Shown piece after piece: positions 11,934-25,465 of a stretch of DNA of 64,000 bases. Where the stretch lies: positions 2,604,001-2,668,000 of the forward strand of contig OZ059895.1 of the NCBI GenBank assembly GCA_964057225.1, in the 5' to 3' direction. A program made the translations under genes and the position numbers. This DNA comes from Auanema rhodensis. Lineage: Eukaryota > Animalia > Nematoda. The notes beneath the pieces were generated by a model. It ran no database searches. It was not told the origin of the DNA and saw only the letters and a list, made by a program, of their open reading frames with translations. How positions within the stretch are numbered: the stretch's first letter is position 1; the number at the start of each line of letters is the position of its first letter.

Positions 11934-14900
11934 TTTCACCCTGAAGAATTAATTTTTTCGTTGAATAACATTGTCCATCGTTTTCGCCTTGAAAAAAGGA
12001 ATCTAAAAACATCTACTTTTTGCTAAATTATTTTGAAATTTTTCGAAAAAATTTTTGTCAAAATGTTTTTGGAAGCAATGTTGAGTGTACATGGAAACTC
12101 AACATACACTTATGCATCATTTTTCAAACAATCATAACTTATTTTTGTATTAAGCATTTCTCAATGTAGTATAGTGCATTCGATGCGGATTTTTAAGCTG
12201 GGTCGATCTGTGTTATCAGATTTGCGCTAGCTTAAAAATGCACCGAGATATCAACTGATATAAGTTCACACTTATATCCTCGATTTTCACCCTGAAGAAT
12301 CAATTTTTTCGTTGAATAACATTGTCCATCGTCTTCGCCTTGAAAAAAGGAATCTAAAAACATCTACTTTTTGCTAAATTATTCTGAAATTTTTCGAAAA
12401 AATTTTTGTCAAAATGTTTTTGGAAGCAATGTTGAGTGTACATGGAAACTCAACATACACTTATGCATCATTTTTCAAACAATCATAACTTATTTTTGTA
12501 TTAAGCATTTTTCAATGTAGTATAGTGCATTCGATGCGGATTTTTAAGCTGGGTCGATCTGTGTTATCAGATTTGCGCTAGCTTAAAAATGCACCGAGAT
12601 ATCAACTGATATAAGTTCACACTTATATCCTCGATTTTCACCCTGAAGAATCAATTTTTTCGTTGAATAACATTGTCCATCGTCTTCGCCTTGAAAAAAG
12701 GAATCTAAAAACATCTACTTTTTGCTAAATTATTTTGAAATTTTTCGAAAAAATTTTTGTCAAATGTTTTTGGAAGCAATGTTGAGTGTACATGGAAACT
12801 CAACATACACTTATGCATCATTTTTCGAACAATCATAACTAATTTTTGTATTAAGCGTTGCTCAATGTAGTATAGTGCATTCGATGCGGATTTTTAAGCT
12901 GGGTCGATCTGTGTTATCAGATTTGCGCTAGCTTAAAAATGCACCGAGATATCAACTGATATAAGTTCACACTTATATCCTCGATTTTCACCCTGAAGAA
13001 TCAATTTTTTCGTTGAATAACATTGTCCATCGTCTTCGCCTTGAAAAAAGGAATCTAAAAACATCTACTTTTTGCTAAATTATTCTGAAATTTTTCGAAA
13101 AAATTTTTGTCAAAATGTTTTTGGAAGCAATGTTGAGTGTACATGGAAACTCAACATACACTTATGCATCATTTTTCAAACAATCATAACTTATTTTTGT
13201 ATTAAGCATTTCTCAATGTAGTATAGTGCATTCGATGCGGATTTTTAAGCTGGGTCGATCTGTGTTATCAGATTTGCGCTAGCTTAAAAATGCACCGAGA
13301 TATCAACTGATATAAGTTCACACTTATATCCTCGATTTTCACCCTGAAGAATCAATTTTTTAGTTGAATAACATTGTCCATCGTCTTCGCCTTGAAAAAA
13401 GGAATCTAAAAACATCTACTTTTTGCTAAATTATTCTGAAATTTTTCGAAAAAATTTTTGTCAAAATGTTTTTGGAAGCAATGTTGAGTGTACATGGAAA
13501 CTCAACATACACTTATGCATCATTTTTCGAACAATCATAACTAATTTTTGTATTAAGCGTTTCTCAATGTAGTATAGTGCATTCGATGCGGATGTTTAAG
13601 CTGCGTCGATTTGTGTTATCAGATTTGCGCTAGCTTAAAAATGCACCGAGATATCAACTGATATAAGTTCACACTTATATCCTCGATTTTCACCCTGAAG
13701 AATCAATTTTTTCGTTGAATAACATTGTCCATCGTCTTCGCCTTGAAAAAAGGAATCTAAAAACATCTACTTTTTGCTAAATTATTTTGAAATTTTTCGA
13801 AAAAATTTTTGTCAAATGTTTTTGGAAGCAATGTTGAGTGTACATGGAAACTCAACATACACTTATGCATCATTTTTCGAACAATCATAACTAATTTTTG
13901 TATTAAGCGTTGCTCAATGTAGTATAGTGCATTCGATGCGGATTTTTAAGCTGGGTCGATCTGTGTTATCAGATTTGCGCTAGCTTAAAAATGCACCGAG
14001 ATATCAACTGATATAAGTTCACACTTATATCCTCGATTTTCACCCTGAAGAATTAATTTTTTCGTTGAATAACATTGTCCATCGTTTTCGCCTTGAAAAA
14101 AGGAATCTAAAAACATCTACTTTTTGCTAAATTATTTTGAAATTTTTCGAAAAAATTTTTGTCAAAATGTTTTTGGAAGCAATGTTGAGTGTACATGGAA
14201 ACTCAACATACACTTATGCATCATTTTTCAAACAATCATAACTAATTTTTGTATTAAGCATTTCTCAATGTAGTATAGTGCATTCGATGCGGATTTTTAA
14301 GCTGCGTCGATCTGTGTTATCAGATTTGCGCTAGCTTAAAAATGCACCGAGATATCAACTGATATAAGTTCACACTTATATCCTCGATTTTCACCATGAA
14401 GAATTAATTTTTTCGTTGAATAACATTGTCCATCGTCTTTGCCTTGAAAAATGGAATCTAAAAACATCTACTTTTTGCTAAATTATTTTGAAATTTTTCG
14501 AAAAAATTTTTGTCAAAATGTTTTTGGAAGCAATGTTGAGTGTACATGGAAACTCAACATACACTTATGCATCATTTTTCGAACAATCATAACTAATTTT
14601 TGTATTAAGCGTTTCTCAATGTAGTATAGTGCATTCGATGCGGATTTTTAAGCTGGGTCGATCTGTGTTATCAGATTTGCGCTAGCTTAAAAATGCACCG
14701 AGATATCAACTGATATAAGTTCACACTTATATCCTCGATTTTCACCCTGAAGAATCAATTTTTTCGTTGAATAACATTGTCCATCGTCTTCGCCTTGAAA
14801 AAAGGAATCTAAAAACATCTACTTTTTGCTAAATTATTTTGGAATTTTTCGAAAAAATTTTTGTCAAAATGTTTTTGGAAGCAATGTTGAGTGTACATGG

Positions 14901-15090
14901 AAACTCAACATACACTTATGCATCATTTTTCAAACAATCATAACTAATTTTTGTATTAAGCGTTTCTCAATGTAGTATAGTGCATTCGATGCGGATTTTT
15001 AAGCTGGGTCGATCTGTGTTATCAGATTTGCGCTAGCTTAAAAATGCACCGAGATATCAACTGATATAAGTTCACACTTATATCCTCGAT

Positions 15091-15637
15091 TTTCACCCTG
15101 AAGAATTAATTTTTTCGTTGAATAACATTGTCCATCGTTTTCGCCTTGAAAAAAGGAATCTAAAAACATCTACTTTTTGCTAAATTATTTTGAAATTTTT
15201 CGAAAAAATTTTTGTCAAAATGTTTTTGGAAGCAATGTTGAGTGTACATGGAAACTCAACATACACTTATGCATCATTTTTCAAACAATCATAACTAATT
15301 TTTGTATTATGCATTTCTCAATGTAGTATAGTGCATTCGATGCGGATTTTTAAGCTGCGTCGATCTATAAGTTTGCTAAATTATTTTGAAATTTTTCGAA
15401 AAAATTTTTGTCAAAATGTTTTTGGAAGCAATGTTGTGTGTACATGGAAACTCAACATACACTTATGCATCATTTTTCGAACAATCATAACTAATTTTTG
15501 TATTAAGCGTTTCTTAATGTAGTATAGTGCATTCGATGCGGATTTTTAAGCTGGGTCGATCTGTGTTATCAGATTTGCGCTAGCTTAAAAATGCACCGAG
15601 ATATCAACTGATATAAGTTCACACTTATATCCTCGAT
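15091..15637. other. Two fused truncated monomers (547 bp instead of 702 bp) with a complex junction at 15366-15374
   Basis: The sequence reads CGATCT-ATAAGTT-TGCTAAA, joining offsets up to 276, then 327-333, then offset 88 onward of the next monomer. Net loss is 50+105=155 bp. Confidence 0.93.
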
Positions 15638-16690
15638 TTTCACCCTGAAGAATTAATTTTTTCGTTGAATAACATTGTCCATCGTCTTCGCCTTGAAAAA
15701 AAGAATCTAAAAACATCTACTTTTTGCTAAATTATTTTGAAATTTTTCGAAAAAATTTTTGTCAAAATGTTTTTGGAAGCAATGTTAAGTGTACATGGAA
15801 ACTCAACATACACTTATGCATCATTTTTCAAACAATCATAACTAATTTTTGTATTAAGCGTTTCTCAACGTAGTAGAGTGCATTCGATGCGGATTTTTAA
15901 GCTGCGTCGATCTGTGTAATCAGATTTGCGCTAGCTTAAAAATGCACCGAGATATCAACTGATATAAGTTCACACTTATATCCTCGATTTTCACCCTGAA
16001 GAATTAATTGTTTTGTTGAATAACATTGTCCATCGTCTTTGCCTTGAAAAAAGGAATCTAAAAACATCTACTTTTTGCTAAATTATTTTGAAATTTTTCG
16101 AAAAAATTTTTGTCAAAATGTTTTTGGAAGCAATGTTAAGTGTACATGGAAACTCAACATACACTTATGCATCATTTTTCAAACAATCATAACTAATTTT
16201 TGTATTAAGCGTTTTTCAACGTAGTAGAGTGCATTCGATGCGGATTTTTAAGCTGCGTCGATCTGTGTTATCAGATTTGCGCTAGCTTAAAAATGCACCG
16301 AGATATCAACTGATATAAGTTCACACTTATATCCTCGATTTTCACCCTGAAGAATTAATTTTTTCGTTGAATAACATTGTCCATCGTCTTTGCCTTGAAA
16401 AAAGGAATCTAAAAACATCTACTTTTTGCTAAATTATTCTGAAATTTTTCGAAAAAATTTTTGTCAAAATGTTTTTGGAAGCAATGTTGAGTGTACATGG
16501 AAACTCAACATACACTTATGCATCATTTTTCAAACAATCATAACTAATTTTTGTATTAAGCGTTTCTCAACGTAGTAGAGTGCATTCGATGCGGATTTTT
16601 AAGCTGCGTCGATCTGTGTTATCAGATTTGCGCTAGCTTAAAAATACACCGAGATATCAACTGATATAAGTTCACACTTATATCCTCGAT

Positions 16691-18796
16691 TTTCACCCTG
16701 AAGAATTAATTGTTTCGTTGAATAACATTGTCCATTGTCTTCGCCTTGAAAAAAGGAATCTGAAAACATCTACTTTTTGCTAAATTATTTTGAAATTTTT
16801 CGAAAAAATTTTTGTCAAAATGTTTTTGGAAGCAATGTTGAGTGTACATGGAAACTCAACATACACTTATGCATCATTTTTCAAACAATCATAACTAATT
16901 TTTGTATTAAGCGTTTCTCAATGTATTAAAGTGCATTCGATGCGGAATTTTAAGCTGGGTCGATCTGTGTTATCAGATTTGCGCTAGCTTAAAAATGCAC
17001 CGAGATATCAACTGATATAAGTTCACACTTATATCCTCGATTTTCACCCTGAAGAATTAATTTTTTCGTTGAATAACATTGTCCACCGTCTTCGCCTTGA
17101 AAAAAGGAATCTAAAAACATCTACTTTTTGCTAAATTATTTTGAAATTTTTCGAAAAAATTTTTGTCAAAATGTTTTTGGAAGCAATGTTGAGTGTACAT
17201 GGAAACTCAACATACACTAATGCATCATTTTTCAAACGATCATAACTAATTTTTGTATTAAGCGTTTCTCAATGTAGTATAGTGCATTCGATGCGGATTT
17301 TTAAGCTGCGTCGATTTGTGTTATCAGATTTGCGCTAGCTTAAAAATGCACCGAGATATCAACTGATATAAGTTCACACTTATATCCTCGATTTTCACCC
17401 TGAAGAATTAATGTTTTCGTTGAATAACATTGTCCATCGTCTTTGCCTTGAAAAAAGAAATCTAAAAACATCTACTTTTTGCTAAATTATTTTGAAATTT
17501 TTCGAAAAAATTTTTGTCAAAATGTTTTTGGAAGCAATGTTGAGTGTACATGGAAACTCAACATACACTTATGCATCATTTTTCGAACAATCATAACTAA
17601 TTTTTGTATTAAGCGTTTCTCAATGTAGTATAGTGCATTCAATGCGGATTTTTAAGCTGGGTCGATCTGTGTTATCAGATTTGCGCTAGCTTAAAAATGC
17701 ACCGAGATATCAACTGATATAAGTTCACACTTATATCCTCGATTTTCACCCTGAAGAATTAATTGTTTCGTTGAATAACATTGTCCATTGTCTTCGCCTT
17801 GAAAAAAGGAATCTGAAAACATCTACTTTTTGCTAAATTATTTTGAAATTTTTCGAAAAAATTTTTGTCAAAATGTTTTTGGAAGCAATGTTGAGTGTAC
17901 ATGGAAACTCAACATACACTTATGCATCATTTTTCAAACAATCATAACTAATTTTTGTATTAAGCGTTTCTCAATGTATTAAAGTGCATTCGATGCGGAA
18001 TTTTAAGCTGGGTCGATCTGTGTTATCAGATTTGCGCTAGCTTAAAAATGCACCGAGATATCAACTGATATAAGTTCACACTTATATCCTCGATTTTCAC
18101 CCTGAAGAATTAATTTTTTCGTTGAATAACGTTGTCCACCGTCTTCGCCTTGAAAAAAGGAATCTAAAAACATCTACTTTTTGCTAAATTATTTTGAAAT
18201 TTTTCGAAAAAATTTTTGTCAAAATGTTTTTGGAAGCAATGTTGAGTGTACATGGAAACTCAACATACACTAATGCATCATTTTTCAAACGATCATAACT
18301 AATTTTTGTATTAAGCGTTTCTCAATGTAGTATAGTGCATTCGATGCGGATTTTTAAGCTGCGTCGATTTGTGTTATCAGATTTGCGCTAGCTTAAAAAT
18401 GCACCGAGATATCAACTGATATAAGTTCACACTTATATCCTCGATTTTCACCCTGAAGAATTAATTTTTTCGTTGAATAACATTGTCCATCGTCTTTGCC
18501 TTGAAAAAAGAAATCTAAAAACATCTACTTTTTGCTAAATTATTTTGAAATTTTTCGAAAAAATTTTTGTCAAAATGTTTTTGGAAGCAATGTTGAGTGT
18601 ACATGGAAACTCAACATACACTTATGCATCATTTTTCGAACAATCATAACTAATTTTTGTATTAAGCGTTTCTCAATGTAGTATAGTGCATTCAATGCGG
18701 ATTTTTAAGCTGGGTCGATCTGTGTTATCAGATTTGCGCTAGCTTAAAAATGCACCGAGATATCAACTGATATAAGTTCACACTTATATCCTCGAT
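16691..18796. repeat. 3-monomer (1053-bp) tandem duplication
   Basis: Markers CCATTGTC, TCTGAAAAC, GTATTAAAGTG, CGGAATTTT, CCACCGTC and ATTCAATGC each recur 1053 bp later. Confidence 0.9.
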
Positions 18797-20551
18797 TTTC
18801 ACCCTGAAGAATTAATTTTTTCGTTGAATAACATTGTCCATCGTCTTCGCCTTGAAAAAAACAATCTAAAAACATCTACTTTTTGCTAAATTATTTTGAA
18901 ATTTTTCGAAAAAATTTTTGTCAAAATGTTTTTGGAAGCAATGTTGAGTGTACATGGAAACTCAACATACACTAATGCATCATTTTTCAAACGATCATAA
19001 CTAATTTTTGTATTAAGCGTTTCTCAATGTAGTATAGTGCATTCGATGCGGATTTTTAAGCTGCGTCGATTTGTGTTATCAGATTTGCGCTAGCTTAAAA
19101 ATGCACCGAGATATCAACTGATATAAGTTCACACTTATATCCTCGATTTTCACCCTGAAGAATTAATTTTTTCGTTGAATAACATTGTCCATCGTCTTCG
19201 CCTTGAAAAAAGGAATCTAAAAACATCTACTTTTTGCTAAATTATTTTGAAATTTTTCGAAAAAATTTTTGTCAAAATGTTTTTGGAAGCAATGTTGAGT
19301 GTACATGGAAACTCAACATACACTAATGCATCATTTTTCAAACGATCATAACTAATTTTTGTATTGAGTGTTTCTCAATGTAGTATAGTGCATTCGATGC
19401 GGATTTTTAAGCTGGGTCGATCTGTGTTATCAGATTTGCGCTAGCTTAAAAATGCACCGAGATATCAACTGATATAAGTTCACACTTATATCCTCGATTT
19501 TCACCATGAAGAATTAATTTTTTCGTTGAATAACATTGTCCATCGTCTTTGCCTTGAAAAATGGAATCTAAAAACATCTACTTTTTGCTAAATTATTTTG
19601 AAATTTTTCGAAAAAATTTTTGTCAAAATGTTTTTGGAAGCAATGTTGAGTGTACATGGAAACTCAACATACACTTATGCATCATTTTTCGAACAATCAT
19701 AACTAATTTTTGTATTAAGCGTTTCTCAATGTAGTATAGTGCATTCAATGCGGATTTTTAAGCTGGGTCGATCTGTGTTATCAGATTTGCGCTAGCTTAA
19801 AAATGCACCGAGATATCAACTGATATAAGTTCACACTTATATCCTCGATTTTCACCCTGAAGAATTAATTTTTTCGTTGAATAACATTGTCCATCGTCTT
19901 CGCCTTGAAAAAAAGAATCTAAAAACATCTACTTTTTGCTAAATTATTTTGAAATTTTTCGAAAAAATTTTTGTCAAAATGTTTTTGGAAGCAATGTTGA
20001 GTGTACATGGAAACTCAACATACACTAATGCATCATTTTTCAAACGATCATAACTAATTTTTGTATTAAGCGTTTCTCAATGTAGTATAGTGCATTCGAT
20101 GCGGATTTTTAAGCTGCGTCGATTTGTGTTATCAGATTTGCGCTAGCTTAAAAATGCACCGAGATATCAACTGATATAAGTTCACACTTATATCCTCGAT
20201 TTTCACCCTGAAGAATTAATTTTTTCGTTGAATAACATTGTCCATCGTCTTTGCCTTGAAAAAAGAAATCTAAAAACATCTACTTTTTGCTAAATTATTT
20301 TGAAATTTTTCGAAAAAATTTTTGTCAAAATGTTTTTGGAAGCAATGTTGAGTGTACATGGAAACTCAACATACACTAATGCATCATTTTTCAAACGATC
20401 ATAACTAATTTTTGTATTGAGTGTTTCTCAATGTAGTATAGTGCATTCGATGCGGATTTTTAAGCTGGGTCGATCTGTGTTATCAGATTTGCGCTAGCTT
20501 AAAAATGCACCGAGATATCAACTGATATAAGTTCACACTTATATCCTCGAT

Positions 20552-23500
20552 TTTCACCCTGAAGAATTAATTTTTTCGTTGAATAACATTGTCCATCGTT
20601 TTCGCCTTGAAAAAAAGAATCTAAAAACATCTACTTTTTGCTAAATTATTCTGAAATTTTTCGAAAAAATTTTTGTCAAAATGTTTTTGGAAGCAATGTT
20701 GAGTGTACATGGAAACTCAACATACACTTATGCATCATTTTTCGAACAATCATAACTAATTTTTGTATTAAGCGTTGCTCAATGTAGTATAGTGCATTCG
20801 ATGCGGATTTTTGAGCTGGGTCGATCTGTGTTATCAGATTTGCGCTAGCTTAAAAATGCACCGAGATATCAACTGATATAAGTTCACACTTATATCCTCG
20901 ATTTTCACCCTGAAGAATTAATTTTTTCGTTGAATAACATTGTCCATCGTCTTCGCCTTGAAAAAAAGAATCTAAAAACATCTACTTTTTGCTAAATTAT
21001 TTTGAAATTTTTCGAAAAAATTTTTGTCAAAATGTTTTTGGAAGCAATGTTGAGTGTACATGGAAACTCAACATACACTAATGCATCATTTTTCAAACGA
21101 TCATAACTAATTTTTGTATTAAGCGTTTCTCAATGTAGTATAGTGCATTCGATGCGGATTTTTAAGCTGCGTCGATTTGTCTTATCAGATTTGCGCTAGC
21201 TTAAAAATGCACCGAGATATCAACTGATATAAGTTCACACTTATATCCTCGATTTTCACCCTGAAGAATTAATTTTTTTGTTGAATAACATTGTCCATCG
21301 TCTTCGCCTTGAAAAAAGGAATCTAAAAACATCTACTTTTTGCTAAATTATTTTGAAATTTTTCGAAACAATTTTTGTCAAAATGTTTTTGGAAGCAATG
21401 TTGAGTGTACATGGAAACTCAACATACACTAATGCATCATTTTTCAAACGATCATAACTAATTTTTGTATCAAGCGTTACTCAATGTAGTATAGTGCATT
21501 CGATGCGGATTTTTAAGCTGCGTCGATTTGTGTTATCAGATTTGCGCTAGCTTGAAAATGCACCGAGATATCAACTGATATAAGTTCACACTTATATCCT
21601 CGATTTTCACCCTGAAGAATTAATTTTTTCGTTAAATAACATTGTCCATCGTCTTCGCCTTGAAAAAAGGAATCTAAAAACATCTACTTTTTGCTAAATT
21701 ATTTTGAAATTTTTCGAAAAAATTTTTGTCAAAATGTTTTTGGAAGCAATGTTGAGTGTACATGGAAACTCAACGTACACTTATGCATCATTTTTCGAAC
21801 AATCATAACTAATTTTTGTATTAAGCGTTGCTCAATGTAGTATAGTGCATTCGATGCGGATTTTTAAGCTGGGTCGATCTGTGTTATCAGATTTGCGCTA
21901 GCTTAAAAATGCACCGAGATATCATTTGATATAAGTTCACACTTATATCCTCGATTTTCACCCTGAAGAATTAATTTTTTCGTTGAATAACATTGTCCAT
22001 CGTCTTCGCCTTGAAAAAAAGAATCTAAAAACATCTACTTTTTGCTAAATTATTTTGAAATTTTTCGAAAAAATTTTTGTCAAAATGTTTTTGGAAGCAA
22101 TGTTAAGTGTACATGGAAACTCAACATACACTAATGCATCATTTTTCAAACGATCATAACTAATTTTTGTATTAAGCGTTTCTCAATGTAGTATAGTGCA
22201 TTCGATGCGGATTTTTAAGCTGCGTCGATTTGTGTTATCAGATTTGCGCTAGCTTAAAAATGCACCGAGATATCAACTGATATAAGTTCACACTTATATC
22301 CTCGATTTTCACCCTGAAGAATTAATTTTTTCGTTGAATAACATTGTCCATCGTCTTTGCCTTGAAAAAAGGAATCTAAAAACATCTACTTTTTGCTAAA
22401 TTATTTTGAAATTTTTCGAAAAAATTTTTGTCAAAATGTTTTTGGAAGCAATGTTGAGTGTACATGGAAACTCAACATACACTAATGCATCATTTTTCAA
22501 ACGATCATAACTAATTTTTGTATTAAGCGTTTCTCAATGTAGTATAGTGCATTCGATGCGGATTTTTAAGCTGCGTCGATTTGTCTTATCAGATTTGCGC
22601 TAGCTTAAAAATGCACCGAGATATCAACTGATATAAGTTCACACTTATATCCTCGATTTTCACCCTGAAGAATTAATTTTTTTGTTGAATAACATTGTCC
22701 ATCGTCTTCGCCTTGAAAAAAGGAATCTAAAAACATCTACTTTTTGCTAAATTATTTTGAAATTTTTCGAAACAATTTTTGTCAAAATGTTTTTGGAAGC
22801 AATGTTGAGTGTACATGGAAACTCAACATACACTAATGCATCATTTTTCAAACGATCATAACTAATTTTTGTATCAAGCGTTACTCAATGTAGTATAGTG
22901 CATTCGATGCGGATTTTTAAGCTGCGTCGATTTGTGTTATCAGATTTGCGCTAGCTTGAAAATGCACCGAGATATCAACTGATATAAGTTCACACTTATA
23001 TCCTCGATTTTCACCCTGAAGAATTAATTTTTTCGTTGAATAACATTGTCCATCGTTTTCGCCTTGAAAAAAAGAATCTAAAAACATCTACTTTTTGCTA
23101 AATTATTCTGAAATTTTTCGAAAAAATTTTTGTCAAAATGTTTTTGGAAGCAATGTTGAGTGTACATGGAAACTCAACATACACTTATGCATCATTTTTC
23201 GAACAATCATAACTAATTTTTGTATTAAGCGTTGCTCAATGTAGTATAGTGCATTCGATGCGGATTTTTGAGCTGGGTCGATCTGTGTTATCAGATTTGC
23301 GCTAGCTTAAAAATGCACCGAGATATCAACTGATATAAGTTCACACTTATATCCTCGATTTTCACCCTGAAGAATTAATTTTTTCGTTGAATAACATTGT
23401 CCATCGTCTTCGCCTTGAAAAAAAGAATCTAAAAACATCTACTTTTTGCTAAATTATTTTGAAATTTTTCGAAAAAATTTTTGTCAAAATGTTTTTGGAA

Positions 23501-25465
23501 GCAATGTTGAGTGTACATGGAAACTCAACATACACTAATGCATCATTTTTCAAACGATCATAACTAATTTTTGTATTAAGCGTTTCTCAATGTAGTATAG
23601 TGCATTCGATGCGGATTTTTAAGCTGCGTCGATTTGTCTTATCAGATTTGCGCTAGCTTAAAAATGCACCGAGATATCAACTGATATAAGTTCACACTTA
23701 TATCCTCGATTTTCACCCTGAAGAATTAATTTTTTTGTTGAATAACATTGTCCATCGTCTTCGCCTTGAAAAAAGGAATCTAAAAACATCTACTTTTTGC
23801 TAAATTATTTTGAAATTTTTCGAAACAATTTTTGTCAAAATGTTTTTGGAAGCAATGTTGAGTGTACATGGAAACTCAACATACACTAATGCATCATTTT
23901 TCAAACGATCATAACTAATTTTTGTATCAAGCGTTACTCAATGTAGTATAGTGCATTCGATGCGGATTTTTAAGCTGCGTCGATTTGTGTTATCAGATTT
24001 GCGCTAGCTTGAAAATGCACCGAGATATCAACTGATATAAGTTCACACTTATATCCTCGATTTTCACCCTGAAGAATTAATTTTTTCGTTAAATAACATT
24101 GTCCATCGTCTTCGCCTTGAAAAAAGGAATCTAAAAACATCTACTTTTTGCTAAATTATTTTGAAATTTTTCGAAAAAATTTTTGTCAAAATGTTTTTGG
24201 AAGCAATGTTGAGTGTACATGGAAACTCAACGTACACTTATGCATCATTTTTCGAACAATCATAACTAATTTTTGTATTAAGCGTTGCTCAATGTAGTAT
24301 AGTGCATTCGATGCGGATTTTTAAGCTGGGTCGATCTGTGTTATCAGATTTGCGCTAGCTTAAAAATGCACCGAGATATCATTTGATATAAGTTCACACT
24401 TATATCCTCGATTTTCACCCTGAAGAATTAATTTTTTCGTTGAATAACATTGTCCATCGTCTTCGCCTTGAAAAAAAGAATCTAAAAACATCTACTTTTT
24501 GCTAAATTATTTTGAAATTTTTCGAAAAAATTTTTGTCAAAATGTTTTTGGAAGCAATGTTAAGTGTACATGGAAACTCAACATACACTAATGCATCATT
24601 TTTCAAACGATCATAACTAATTTTTGTATTAAGCGTTTCTCAATGTAGTATAGTGCATTCGATGCGGATTTTTAAGCTGCGTCGATTTGTGTTATCAGAT
24701 TTGCGCTAGCTTAAAAATGCACCGAGATATCAACTGATATAAGTTCACACTTATATCCTCGATTTTCACCCTGAAGAATTAATTTTTTCGTTGAATAACA
24801 TTGTCCATCGTCTTTGCCTTGAAAAAAGGAATCTAAAAACATCTACTTTTTGCTAAATTATTTTGAAATTTTTCGAAAAAATTTTTGTCAAAATGTTTTT
24901 GGAAGCAATGTTGAGTGTACATGGAAACTCAACATACACTAATGCATCATTTTTCAAACGATCATAACTAATTTTTGTATTAAGCGTTTCTCAATGTAGT
25001 ATAGTGCATTCGATGCGGATTTTTAAGCTGCGTCGATTTGTCTTATCAGATTTGCGCTAGCTTAAAAATGCACCGAGATATCAACTGATATAAGTTCACA
25101 CTTATATCCTCGATTTTCACCCTGAAGAATTAATTTTTTTGTTGAATAACATTGTCCATCGTCTTCGCCTTGAAAAAAGGAATCTAAAAACATCTACTTT
25201 TTGCTAAATTATTTTGAAATTTTTCGAAACAATTTTTGTCAAAATGTTTTTGGAAGCAATGTTGAGTGTACATGGAAACTCAACATACACTAATGCATCA
25301 TTTTTCAAACGATCATAACTAATTTTTGTATCAAGCGTTACTCAATGTAGTATAGTGCATTCGATGCGGATTTTTAAGCTGCGTCGATTTGTGTTATCAG
25401 ATTTGCGCTAGCTTGAAAATGCACCGAGATATCAACTGATATAAGTTCACACTTATATCCTCGAT
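20552..25465. repeat. 7-monomer (2457-bp) tandem duplication
   Basis: Rare variants at 20813/23270 (TTGAGCTGG), 21634/24091 (GTTAAATA) and 21925/24382 (ATCATTTGAT) are all exactly 2457 bp apart. Confidence 0.92.

Noticed and set aside
15331-15522. 63-aa ORF from the ORF track
   Set aside because: It starts at GTG, lies wholly in satellite sequence and is open only because the 15366-15374 deletion junction removes stop codons. It has low-complexity F/I/N/K composition and no recognisable domain.
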